IMG/VR virus record: IMGVR_UViG_3300032307_001039
Direction: 5' to 3' (one strand)
Length of the DNA: 20,000 nucleotides
Source: an uncultured virus (IMG/VR IMGVR_UViG_3300032307_001039)
Lineage: Duplodnaviria; Heunggongvirae; Uroviricota; Caudoviricetes
Shown: piece by piece, positions 1 to 8,900 of the stretch
Layout of the letters: each line of letters begins with the position of its first letter
Position numbering within the stretch: the stretch's first letter is position 1
The notes under the pieces: model-generated
Told to the model about the DNA's origin: nothing
Databases searched by the model: none
Seen by the model: only the letters and a program-made list of their open reading frames with translations
Made by a program: the position numbers and the translations under genes

Positions 1-301
1 AATTATAATCGTTTTTAGAATAAAAAGAAAAAGGGTAAAAAAAATAAATTTTGTTTATTTTTTTAGTTAAACTTTTTTTATAAAAATTATTTATACTTTC
101 ATCAAAAAGATCGTTTACGTTTTCTATTTTTTTTTTATGCAAAATAGCATTTAACATTTGATTTGGAAAAAATTGTTCATAAACAATTAAATCACCAAAA
201 TCATTATTATTTAAATAATAATTTTGATCCTTATAATATTTTAAAAATTCATAAACATTATAACCAACAACGTTATCATTATTTATTGTTAACAAATTCA
301 T
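1..301 (-). CDS. Hypothetical protein, 3'-partial (runs off the window start); last visible gene of the modification cluster
   Basis: Not in the ORF track. Manual translation from ATG at 301 gives an open frame of 100 codons to the edge (MNLLTINNDNVVGYNVYEFLKYYKDQNYY...YFFYPFSFYSKNDYN). It overlaps the ACP 3' end by 23 nt, matching the coupled-gene pattern. Confidence 0.7.
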   Translation of the reverse strand, partial: MNLLTINNDNVVGYNVYEFLKYYKDQNYYLNNNDFGDLIVYEQFFPNQMLNAILHKKKIENVNDLFDESINNFYKKSLTKKINKIYFFYPFSFYSKNDYN

Positions 302-482
302 AAATTATTTTTTTAACGCTATTTGTTTTAACAAAATCAATTTCTTTTATTTCAACATTAAACATTTCTTCTATTTCCATTATTAAACTAACTATTTTTA
401 TGCTATTTAACTTATGTCTTAAATCTTCTTCATAATCAATGTTAAATTTTCTTAACATCTCATCAATAAGTTTGTTTTCCAA
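279..482 (-). CDS. Acyl/peptidyl carrier protein (phosphopantetheine-binding)
   Basis: 67 aa. LNSIKIVSLIMEIEEMFNVEI matches the ACP helix-II consensus (LDSL..VEL...LEE.F.IEI), with the Ppant Ser at codon 27 (402-404). TTG start with SD-like AAGGTG at 490-495. Adjacent to an adenylation enzyme. Confidence 0.8.
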   Translation of the reverse strand: MENKLIDEMLRKFNIDYEEDLRHKLNSIKIVSLIMEIEEMFNVEIKEIDFVKTNSVKKIIYEFVNNK

Positions 483-1515
483 AATTTAGCACCTTTTCTA
501 ATAATTTTTTAGTATCAGTTTTTATCATTTCTCCAGAATTAATATCTTTTGTTATATACTGTTTATCAATTAATATTTTTTTAGGAACGTGATTTATATC
601 ATTGTATTCTTTATAAATTATATCTATAATTTGATTTATTTCATATTCTTTTTCATTTATCATGTACATGCAGAATTGATCAAAGCCATTTTCATCTTTA
701 TATTTTAATAACTGTATGTCAATAGCTTTTAACTCTTTCATCAAAGAAGTTTTAATTTGTTCTAAATATATTTTCTTTTCATTTATTTTTACAAATGAGT
801 TATCTCTACCGATAAAATTAAATTTATGATCATCAATCATTTCAATAAAATCATTGCCAATATATGTCTTATTCGTTCTTAAATCTTGAAGACCATTCTC
901 ATCTTCAATAAAATCACAAGCACCAGAGTTTTCTCTTAAAAATTCTATTCTTCCCTCTGAATTTTTAACTAATTTTATGGTTGGTACAGTTTGATGATAG
1001 TCATGGTTTCGCACAGAACGATACCCAACTAAGCCAGAATCGGTTCCACCATACATGTCGAATACCTGTGCGTTTGTTTGATTTAATAAGCTTTCTTTAA
1101 CTGTTTTTGATAATTGTTCACCAGCTAAAAATATATAATGATAATGTTTAAGATTCATTTTTTCTCTAAAATTCCAATATAGGGATGGTGTGACATATAA
1201 ACAGTTAAATTTTGTGTTATTTATTTCTTTAACAGCTTCACTCATTTCTGGATAATAATCTATTTTTACTTTACCAAACATATTTAAACAAAGAAAAACA
1301 TAAGCTAAAAGATTATTTGTATTTTTATTTCTAATCAATATATTATTCATATAATGAGTTTTTTTATCATAACCAAAAGTTACGATTTCATTTTTAATAT
1401 TTTGAAGATCACTCATTTTACTTCTATAAATTTTTTTCTTATTAACACTGCCAGAGCTTTCGACTAATAAATATTTTTCTTGACTAGGAAGATGATCGTA
1501 CTTTATATGTTTCAT
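463..1515 (-). CDS. Stand-alone adenylate-forming (ANL / AMP-binding, NRPS A-domain-like) enzyme, N-terminally short
   Basis: Core motifs occur in order: ESSGSVNKKK (A3 P-loop), VTPSL, LAGEQL, MYGGTDSG (A5 YGxTE), YIGND (A7), FIGRDNSFVKINEKKIYLEQI (A8 GRxDxQVKIxGxRIELxEIE), HVPKKI (A9), IKTDTKKL (A10 Lys). Confidence 0.85.
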   Translation of the reverse strand: MKHIKYDHLPSQEKYLLVESSGSVNKKKIYRSKMSDLQNIKNEIVTFGYDKKTHYMNNILIRNKNTNNLLAYVFLCLNMFGKVKIDYYPEMSEAVKEINNTKFNCLYVTPSLYWNFREKMNLKHYHYIFLAGEQLSKTVKESLLNQTNAQVFDMYGGTDSGLVGYRSVRNHDYHQTVPTIKLVKNSEGRIEFLRENSGACDFIEDENGLQDLRTNKTYIGNDFIEMIDDHKFNFIGRDNSFVKINEKKIYLEQIKTSLMKELKAIDIQLLKYKDENGFDQFCMYMINEKEYEINQIIDIIYKEYNDINHVPKKILIDKQYITKDINSGEMIKTDTKKLLEKVLNFGKQTY

Positions 1516-2150
1516 TTTAAACCTCTTAATATTTTACCGTTTATATAATATGAATTGTCTGGAATATTTTCTGTTATTGTTTGATTTGGAGCGATATAGC
1601 AATTGCTGCCTATTTTAATACCCTTATTTATTGTTACATTGACAGTGACTATAGTGTTATCGCCTATTATCACATCTCTATCTAAAGTGTTTTTTTGAAA
1701 AAGAAAACACTTATTTCCTATTTTAGCTCTATTTCCAATAACTGAGAGAGGACCAAAAAAAGAATAATTACCAATTTCCAAATAATTACCAAAAAAAGTA
1801 TGAAAAGCCATTACTCCATTTCCAATAGCATTCCTATCTTTAGAGATTGGCGAATTGACCAATAAACGTTTTAAAACATTTAGTTTATTATCAATAATAT
1901 ATTTCTCAAACACATCTTGTTTTTGAGAAGCACATATAAGATGATTATATTTTTTAATTTTATTAATATTAAAAGTGTGTAAAGTGTCTGTATGGGAAAA
2001 ACCAATACACTTTATTTTTTTATTTTTCATTAATTTATTTTTATGATTATAAATTTCATAATGATATGACTTACTGTAGTATTTAATATTAGTTAATAAA
2101 TTTTCTATTTCCTTTGAATAATCACCATTTCCATGAATAAATATTTTCAT
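1512..2150 (-). CDS. NeuD/PglD-like sugar O/N-acyltransferase (N-terminal Rossmann-like domain + hexapeptide left-handed beta-helix)
   Basis: N-terminus MKIFIHGNGDYSKEI resembles IxGAGGHxxE. C-terminal hexapeptide repeats: IGNGVM, IGNYSF, IGNKCF, IGDNTI, IGSNCYI, ending TITENIPDNSYYING. ATGA overlap with both neighbours. Confidence 0.8.
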   Translation of the reverse strand: MKIFIHGNGDYSKEIENLLTNIKYYSKSYHYEIYNHKNKLMKNKKIKCIGFSHTDTLHTFNINKIKKYNHLICASQKQDVFEKYIIDNKLNVLKRLLVNSPISKDRNAIGNGVMAFHTFFGNYLEIGNYSFFGPLSVIGNRAKIGNKCFLFQKNTLDRDVIIGDNTIVTVNVTINKGIKIGSNCYIAPNQTITENIPDNSYYINGKILRGLK

Positions 2151-3082
2151 ATACTTATTTTAAATGTTTTTTTTACACTTTGTCTATTTTTTTTAAGCAT
2201 ATTTTTAAAATTAATTTTATCGAATTTTATTTGAGTTTTTTTAAAATAAAAATTAGGTTTTATAATATATTCTTTTGATCTTGATTTTAAATTTGTGTAA
2301 CAAGCCGAAAATTTATCATCCATTTGAAAATAATAATCATAATTATCTATAAAATTTTCAAAAGTTAAATTTTTAAATTCTTCTTCGAATTTACTCCAAT
2401 AATATACTATAGCTTTATAGTATTCATATTCAAAATAGTTTTGAAATCTATATTTTTCCATATCTTCGTATAAATCATTAGCTATTAAAAAAGGAATGTT
2501 TTCTTTTTTAAAATTTTCATTATTCTCACCAGGAAAATCATAATTATTTTTACCGTTATTATCTAATATTTTTTGAATTTTTTCTTGATAATTTGTGTTA
2601 TAAAAACAACACTGTATCCAAGTGTGATTTATATCTTTTATATCAAGTTTAAAGACATTAACGTTATTAATTTGATATATTTCTTTTTTGTAATCATCTA
2701 AATTTTTGTTGTTTAAATAAATAACATTAGGTATGTCATTGTTTTTTTCTATTTTAAATATATTGCTTAAAACATTTTCTGTTAAAAGAAAAACATCAGA
2801 TTCTAAATGAAAAATAATATCTTTAGGCTTTACTTCATGATGAAAATAATTTTTTCCTCCTACTAAACCTAAATTTTTTTCTTGACTTAAATAAATAATG
2901 TTATATTGTTTACATAAATCTTTAATTTTTTTTTGTTCTTCTTTTTCAAGCGGATATTTATTATCAACAAGATAATGTTTAAATTTTATTTTTTCTTTTT
3001 TAAATATGCGATAATTATTTTCTAAAGTTTCTTTTAAAAAATAGAATGGATGATAATGAATAGTGATTATATTAATATCCAC
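2147..3082 (-). CDS. Glycosyltransferase, GT-A fold (family 2-like)
   Basis: IITIHYH...LKETLEN...YLVDN...EKNLGLVGGKN...IIFHLESDVFL follows the GT2 N-terminal pattern (I.I..YN...L..CL.S...IVVDN...N.G...A.N...I.FLDxD). GTG start overlaps the upstream TAG. Confidence 0.7.
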   Translation of the reverse strand: MDINIITIHYHPFYFLKETLENNYRIFKKEKIKFKHYLVDNKYPLEKEEQKKIKDLCKQYNIIYLSQEKNLGLVGGKNYFHHEVKPKDIIFHLESDVFLLTENVLSNIFKIEKNNDIPNVIYLNNKNLDDYKKEIYQINNVNVFKLDIKDINHTWIQCCFYNTNYQEKIQKILDNNGKNNYDFPGENNENFKKENIPFLIANDLYEDMEKYRFQNYFEYEYYKAIVYYWSKFEEEFKNLTFENFIDNYDYYFQMDDKFSACYTNLKSRSKEYIIKPNFYFKKTQIKFDKINFKNMLKKNRQSVKKTFKISI

Positions 3083-4092
3083 TATATTATCATTTCTCCA
3101 TCATAATGATTTTTAACTATTTCTCCGAAATAAAACTGATCCAGTTGAAACGGAAACACTATCATTTTTTTATTTTTATTCATTGCTCTACCGAAAGAGC
3201 CTGCGCCACCGTGAGTTAAAAATAAACTGATATAATCAAAAATTATTTCATGAGGATACCATTCTGGGCATATGTGTATCCATTTTTCTAATGTGTTTTT
3301 TCTTAAAAACTGTTGGTATTCTTTTTCCATTGTTATGCCATACCAACCATCATCGAATAATTCATTTATTTTTTTTAAAAAAAGATATTTTATATTTCTA
3401 CCTATACCTAAATTATGCTTACTCATGCTGCCTAAGCTAGCAAAAAATATTTTATTTTTTCCTTTGGTTTTAAAACTTAAATTAAATCTTTCTTGATTTT
3501 CATTAATATTATATTTATAAAAATTTGTATCCATATATTTATAATAACCAACTGGATCAGTTTCAAAACCTTTTATCCAATCTTTTTCATAATAATAAAT
3601 ATTACGATATGGTGATGATTCATTTAGCATATTTAAAAAATAAGATTCTTTTGGCCAATTATACCATGATTTAACTAAAAACCATTCTTTTTTTAATTCT
3701 TTACAGACTTGAATACACGTTAAATCTAAATAATTAGTAATAATAAGATCATATTCTTTTACTAATTTTTTATAAAAATTGTAATATGGCTCATACTCGC
3801 TCCACATATGAAAAGAAGTTTCAATTATACTTTCGTCATATTTTCTTTGATTAAAATTAGAATTTTCTTTAATTTCTATATGTTCAATAATTTTATCTCT
3901 TTTTATTTCTTGAGCATGAAGTTTATTAATTGGATTTTTTAAGAATTTAACAGAAGGATAAATAAATTTTAAAAAAGCGTGATCATCTTCAACTAAAAAA
4001 GTTACGTTATCTTTTTTTCTTAAATCATATGATGCTAAAACAGAGTGAATATCTCCATATCCACCTCTATATGTTATTAAGATTTTATCCAT
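3082..4092 (-). CDS. Glycosyltransferase, GT-B fold (family 1 / UDP-glycosyltransferase-like)
   Basis: N-terminal RGGYGDIHS (GSxGDVxP-like) and FASLGSM. C-terminal UDPGT signature WYPHEIIFDYISLFLTHGGAGSFGRAM...IVFPFQLDQFYFG. Confidence 0.85.
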   Translation of the reverse strand: MDKILITYRGGYGDIHSVLASYDLRKKDNVTFLVEDDHAFLKFIYPSVKFLKNPINKLHAQEIKRDKIIEHIEIKENSNFNQRKYDESIIETSFHMWSEYEPYYNFYKKLVKEYDLIITNYLDLTCIQVCKELKKEWFLVKSWYNWPKESYFLNMLNESSPYRNIYYYEKDWIKGFETDPVGYYKYMDTNFYKYNINENQERFNLSFKTKGKNKIFFASLGSMSKHNLGIGRNIKYLFLKKINELFDDGWYGITMEKEYQQFLRKNTLEKWIHICPEWYPHEIIFDYISLFLTHGGAGSFGRAMNKNKKMIVFPFQLDQFYFGEIVKNHYDGEMII

Positions 4093-4976
4093 TTAATTAT
4101 TTTATTATCAACTGAATGAATATAAGTTAATAATTCTAAATAATTTTTTTTCTCTTTTAATGCTTTCATTTCTTCATAAAGTTTATTAAAAAAATTATGA
4201 ATGCTTCCTATTTTAGTTTCTATTTCTGTGTTTTTATTTATAATTTTTTGACATAACTCGTCGAGTTGATCTTCAACTTGATCAAGAGTCAAAAATATGT
4301 TTTTACTTTTAAATTCGGAAATAATTAATTGAAAATTAATAAATTCAAATGATCTTTCTATTTTTTTATCATTCACAGACATATTCACCCATCTCTTTGC
4401 TATCTCTGCTTTTTCTTTAAAATGAGAAAGAATATTTTTAGGATATTTAAAATAATACATATCAAGATAATTATCTAATTTGATTTTAAAATCATTATAT
4501 AATCGATCATAAATTAATTCCCAATCAAGTAAACCTTCGTCTATTAATTCCTGTTCACTTTTATCAACTATTAAATTTAAATCAACATCTATTTTTTTTG
4601 TGTTAGAAATTTCTATTATTCCTTCTTCTAAAAGCTCTTGTAAATTTTTTCTAACAATTATATTATTAACTACTTTACAATCATTAGGTATTTCTAATTC
4701 TCCCTTTTGCCATTTTTCAAAAAGATTTAATTCCACCCAATCGCCAATTTCTTTATTCCATTTGTATCCTTTAGGCGGAAAAATAGTACCAGGATAAATA
4801 TTATATGGATCATCTGGGAATTCTGAATTATGTTCAAGAACATAATCATAAACTTCAATAAATAACGAATAAAATTCTTCTTTTACTTTTTCACCTTTTG
4901 TGTTGTAAACATATATTTTTAATACATTATTTTCATTCTGATTTACTTGTATTTCTTCTAGTTCTAGTTCTTCCAT
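4077..4976 (-). CDS. Putative tail-fibre assembly/chaperone-like protein with internal repeats
   Basis: IYVYNTKGE...P..GYKWNKEIGDWVE resembles Tfa-type N-termini. Three imperfect ~25-aa repeats (LFEKWQKGELEI / LQELLEEGIIEI / EQELIDEGLL) at about 4527-4730, then a helical C-terminus. Confidence 0.45.
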   Translation of the reverse strand: MEELELEEIQVNQNENNVLKIYVYNTKGEKVKEEFYSLFIEVYDYVLEHNSEFPDDPYNIYPGTIFPPKGYKWNKEIGDWVELNLFEKWQKGELEIPNDCKVVNNIIVRKNLQELLEEGIIEISNTKKIDVDLNLIVDKSEQELIDEGLLDWELIYDRLYNDFKIKLDNYLDMYYFKYPKNILSHFKEKAEIAKRWVNMSVNDKKIERSFEFINFQLIISEFKSKNIFLTLDQVEDQLDELCQKIINKNTEIETKIGSIHNFFNKLYEEMKALKEKKNYLELLTYIHSVDNKIIKWIKS

Positions 4977-5037
4977 TTTAACCCATTACATTTTAAATAT
5001 TAATAAAATATATTTTACTTTAAATAAAAATTAATCT

Positions 5038-5955
5038 CTATTTATCTTTTTCCATATAATATAAAACTTTTTCTGGTTCTGTAAATTTTACTTTTTGATT
5101 ATTTTCGCCAAATGGCCGACAATAAGCCATAGTGTCTTCATTTTTTTCAACAAGATTTCTGTGAATAGAATAACCAAAATGTTCTGGTCTGGTATCACCC
5201 CATATAACTATTGATGATTTAGTGCCTGCTGACATATGCTGTAAAGATGAGTCTATACAAATAATGTGTTTCGCATATTTAGTTAACCAATAATAATTTT
5301 TATAATGTACTGCAGGTTGCATAGTTGCTACCATTTTATTTATTTCATAAGGCATAGGTTCATTCATTAAACCATATCTCAGAATAACATGCTCTGGATA
5401 AGCGTCTTTTATTTTTTTAATCAGTTCTACATAGTAATCAAATGGATAATGTCGTTTTGATCCTTCATTGAAAAATGAAAATTCTTGTGTGCCATGCTGT
5501 TCAAAATTATGAGGGCTTTGACCGCCGTTAAGTTGAATTAAAATTAATTTATCTTTTGTTGACTCTCTAATTTCATTAACTATTTTATCAACTGTAAATT
5601 TTTCATTTTCATCCATAAAAATTTCTGGTTTCAATTCCATACCATTTTCAACTTTAATACCGCATAGATCTCCCCAAACTTCTAAAAGATGACGTTCTTT
5701 TTTTATAAAAGATTCCACATCGTAAGGATCTGTCATAACTATTTTTGTTGAATCTTTTAGTATTACATTTCTGTAGAAAGTTTTATCCATAATTGGATTT
5801 ATTTTAGCGATATATGGATTACCAAAGAAAAGATCACCGTATGGTGTAATTAAATATATATTTTCATATTTTTCGTGAATTAAAGGTATAAGTGAAGTAA
5901 AAGCTATATGTTTACCTACGCCACCAGATATCTGTATTATAATATTTTTTTCCAT
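5038..5955 (-). CDS. Glycosyltransferase family 9-like (heptosyltransferase-like GT-B), phage-type
   Basis: IQISGGVGKHIAFTSLIPLIHEKY (GGIGD..L.TP....L), LFFGNPYI, and C-terminal AKHIICIDSSLQHMSAG...SIVIWGDTRPEHFGY (GT9 DSG..HxAxA...TV.LFG.T.P..xG motif). Confidence 0.8.
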   Translation of the reverse strand: MEKNIIIQISGGVGKHIAFTSLIPLIHEKYENIYLITPYGDLFFGNPYIAKINPIMDKTFYRNVILKDSTKIVMTDPYDVESFIKKERHLLEVWGDLCGIKVENGMELKPEIFMDENEKFTVDKIVNEIRESTKDKLILIQLNGGQSPHNFEQHGTQEFSFFNEGSKRHYPFDYYVELIKKIKDAYPEHVILRYGLMNEPMPYEINKMVATMQPAVHYKNYYWLTKYAKHIICIDSSLQHMSAGTKSSIVIWGDTRPEHFGYSIHRNLVEKNEDTMAYCRPFGENNQKVKFTEPEKVLYYMEKDK

Positions 5956-5988
5956 ATACTATTATAATACAGATGCTTATTAAAATGT

Positions 5989-8900
5989 TTAAGTTAAATA
6001 ATAAATTGAAGATTGACCTGGAGTTGCACTAGTTATTGTGCCACCAGTTCCACCTACTCCTCTAATGCCTGCGGTTCCTGGAGTACCACAACTTAATGTT
6101 GCAAAATTTGACCAAGTTCCGCCTGCTCCACCGCTGCCATTATTAGCATTTCCTATTGCATTCACAGAACAATTATTCCATATAATACAGCTAAAATATA
6201 AACTTGAACAAAGATTAACTGGTAAACAGTGATTAAGTCCACTGTTATTTCCAATTTGCCCAAAATTATTTAAACCCCATGCATATAATTTACCATCTAA
6301 CCCAATAGCATAGCTTGAACCATCAGCGGCACATATACAAACAAAATTACAACTTGGACATATATTTACAGGTAAACATTGATTAGTTGTATTACCATTA
6401 CCTAGTTGTCCATATAGATTATATCCCCAAGTATATAACTTACAATCAACTCCAAGAGCAATAGTAGATCCACAACAAGAATCAATAGCTATAAAGGCAC
6501 AAGATGAACATATAGCTACTGGAGAACATTGAGTAACGGTATTACCATTACCAATTTGCCCAAATGAATTAACTCCCCAAGCATATAACTTATAATCAGT
6601 ACCTAAAATGTAAGCAGTTGCACAATTTGAGTCTATACATATAAAAGTACAAGAAGGACATATATTAAAAGGAGAACATTGAGTAACAGTGTTACCATTT
6701 CCAACCTGACCAGTAGTATTACTTCCCCAAGCATATAATTTAGAATCAGTACCAAAAGCATAAACTGTTTGATAAGAAGGATAAATAACTACACATCTAA
6801 AATTACAAGATGGACAAATTGCAATAGGTAAACATTTCGAATTTAGCCATTCTCCGTTTCCAATTTGTCCTTGATAGTTATTTCCCCAAGCATATAGTTT
6901 AGAGTCAGTGCCAATAGCATAAACAGATCTATTTTCTTGTGCTATAAAATTAAAAGTACAAGAAGAACAAATATTTATTAATGAACATTGATTAGTAGTA
7001 TTCCCATTACCAAGTTGTCCACAAGTGTTACAACCAGCTGCATAAAGCTTATAATCTGAACCAATAGTGTAAATATTTTCTCCAGAAGGTAATAGACAAA
7101 TAAAAGTGCAATTAGGACACACATTTAAAGGTGAACATTTATTAACTAAACTAGAATCTCCAAGTTGCCCAGCATCGTTACGCCCCCAAGCATATAATTT
7201 AGCGCCAGTATCAAGAGCATAAGTTGAAAAACTTCCTGGAACAACATCTCTAAAATTACAAGAAGGACAAATAGAAACTGGTATACATTGATTACTAGTA
7301 TTACCATTGCCTAATCTACCATCTGAATTAAACCCTGAAGCAAATAGTTTATTATTTACATCAATAGAGAAAAAAGCTCCATTAGAGGATTTTATTGTTT
7401 TAATATCACAAGAAGCACAAATAGCTAAAACCAAAGTTTGATTACTAAAATTACCATTGCCTATCTGTCCAGTGCTATTATTTCCCCAACCATATAATTT
7501 TTCTCCAGTCCCATTAACTCCATTTTCTCCATTAAGTATTGCATTAGCACAAAAACTATTATTACATAAAAACTGAGTACATCTACCAACAAGAAGTACT
7601 CTACCTGAACTTCCTTGCCCACCTTGACCACCTTGTCCGCCATTACCACCGCAAGCACCAGTGTATGATGTTCCATTTGAATGTGTACAACTTTGTCCTA
7701 AAGAACCAGGTGAACCAGATAAAGCATTTGAACCAGTTGATCCAAATGTTAAAATAGAGCCAGAAACTGAATTATAAACCATTAACCCTAAGCTTCTACC
7801 AGCGTTACCACCAGAACCGCCTGTACTACCATCTCCACCTGCACCACCATTAGCACCTAAAACTTGTATTGCTCCACTTCCGCCAGATCCTCCTCTTCCT
7901 CCTCCGCCGCCACCTGCAGAAGGAAAAGTTCCTGTACCACCTGTTCCTCCAACTGAACCATTAGAACCAGCAGTTGTTCCAGTACCATTAGCACCAGCAG
8001 AAGCATTTGTGCCAGCAATTCCACCACCACCAAAAGTAAAAGTATCAGGAGGTGTTCCAAAACCTGCAGGAGCTGAAGCAGGAATACTGGTTGGACCAGC
8101 AGTGGTAACGCAACCACCGTCTCCTCCGACAGTTGCATCTGCTATTGGTGAAGTTATACCAGCAGCACCACCCGTTCCGCTTCTGCTTGTGGTAATTGGC
8201 CAAGTTGCAGCAGGTATTCCACCTGTTCCACCTGCGGTAGCGCTAGTTGTATTACCAGAAGCTCCTGTTCCGCCATTTCCGTGAAAACGATTGTTTGGAG
8301 TTGGTAGTGCATCCATGTTTTGAGCAAGATATGATGGATAGTTATATCGACAAAAAATTGATTGTCCTCCACCTCCTCCACCGCCACCTGCTCCTCCTAA
8401 ACCACCTGCTGGAGCTATTACTGTGTATGTATTACCACCTAAACCGCCTAAACCGCCATTTGTGGTTATAGCATGTGCATTGTCACCTGAGACAGTAAAT
8501 TTATTAAAAAATAAATGACCTAAAATTTGATTTGGATTACATTGACAAGAGACCGTGCAATTATTTCCAACTTGACCTAAATTATTAACTCCCCAACCAT
8601 ATAATTTATTGTTAATATCAACTGCATACATGGTGTAACTATTGCATGATTCAAAAAGACACTTAAAATTGCAAGATGGACATACATTTACGGGTAAACA
8701 TTGATTTGTCATATTACCATTTCCTAGTTGACCCCAAAAGTTACAACCCCAAGAAAACAATTTACAGTTTGTATCTATAGCATATGCTGCAGTAGCATCA
8801 AAATTTTGAAAAACACAAGTAAAACTACAAGTTGGACATATATTTACAGGTAAACACTGATTAGTTGTATTACCATTGCCTAATTGACCGAAATTATTAC

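Noticed and set aside
241..279. TAATG-coupled ORF starting at the ACP stop
   Set aside because: It terminates after 12 codons; the frame starting at 301 is the open one.
7461..8387. Alternative-frame minus-strand ORFs 7461-7676, 7857-8138, 8154-8387
   Set aside because: Out-of-frame readings of the GC-richer Gly tract (V/E/L-rich), with no independent evidence of translation or frameshifting.
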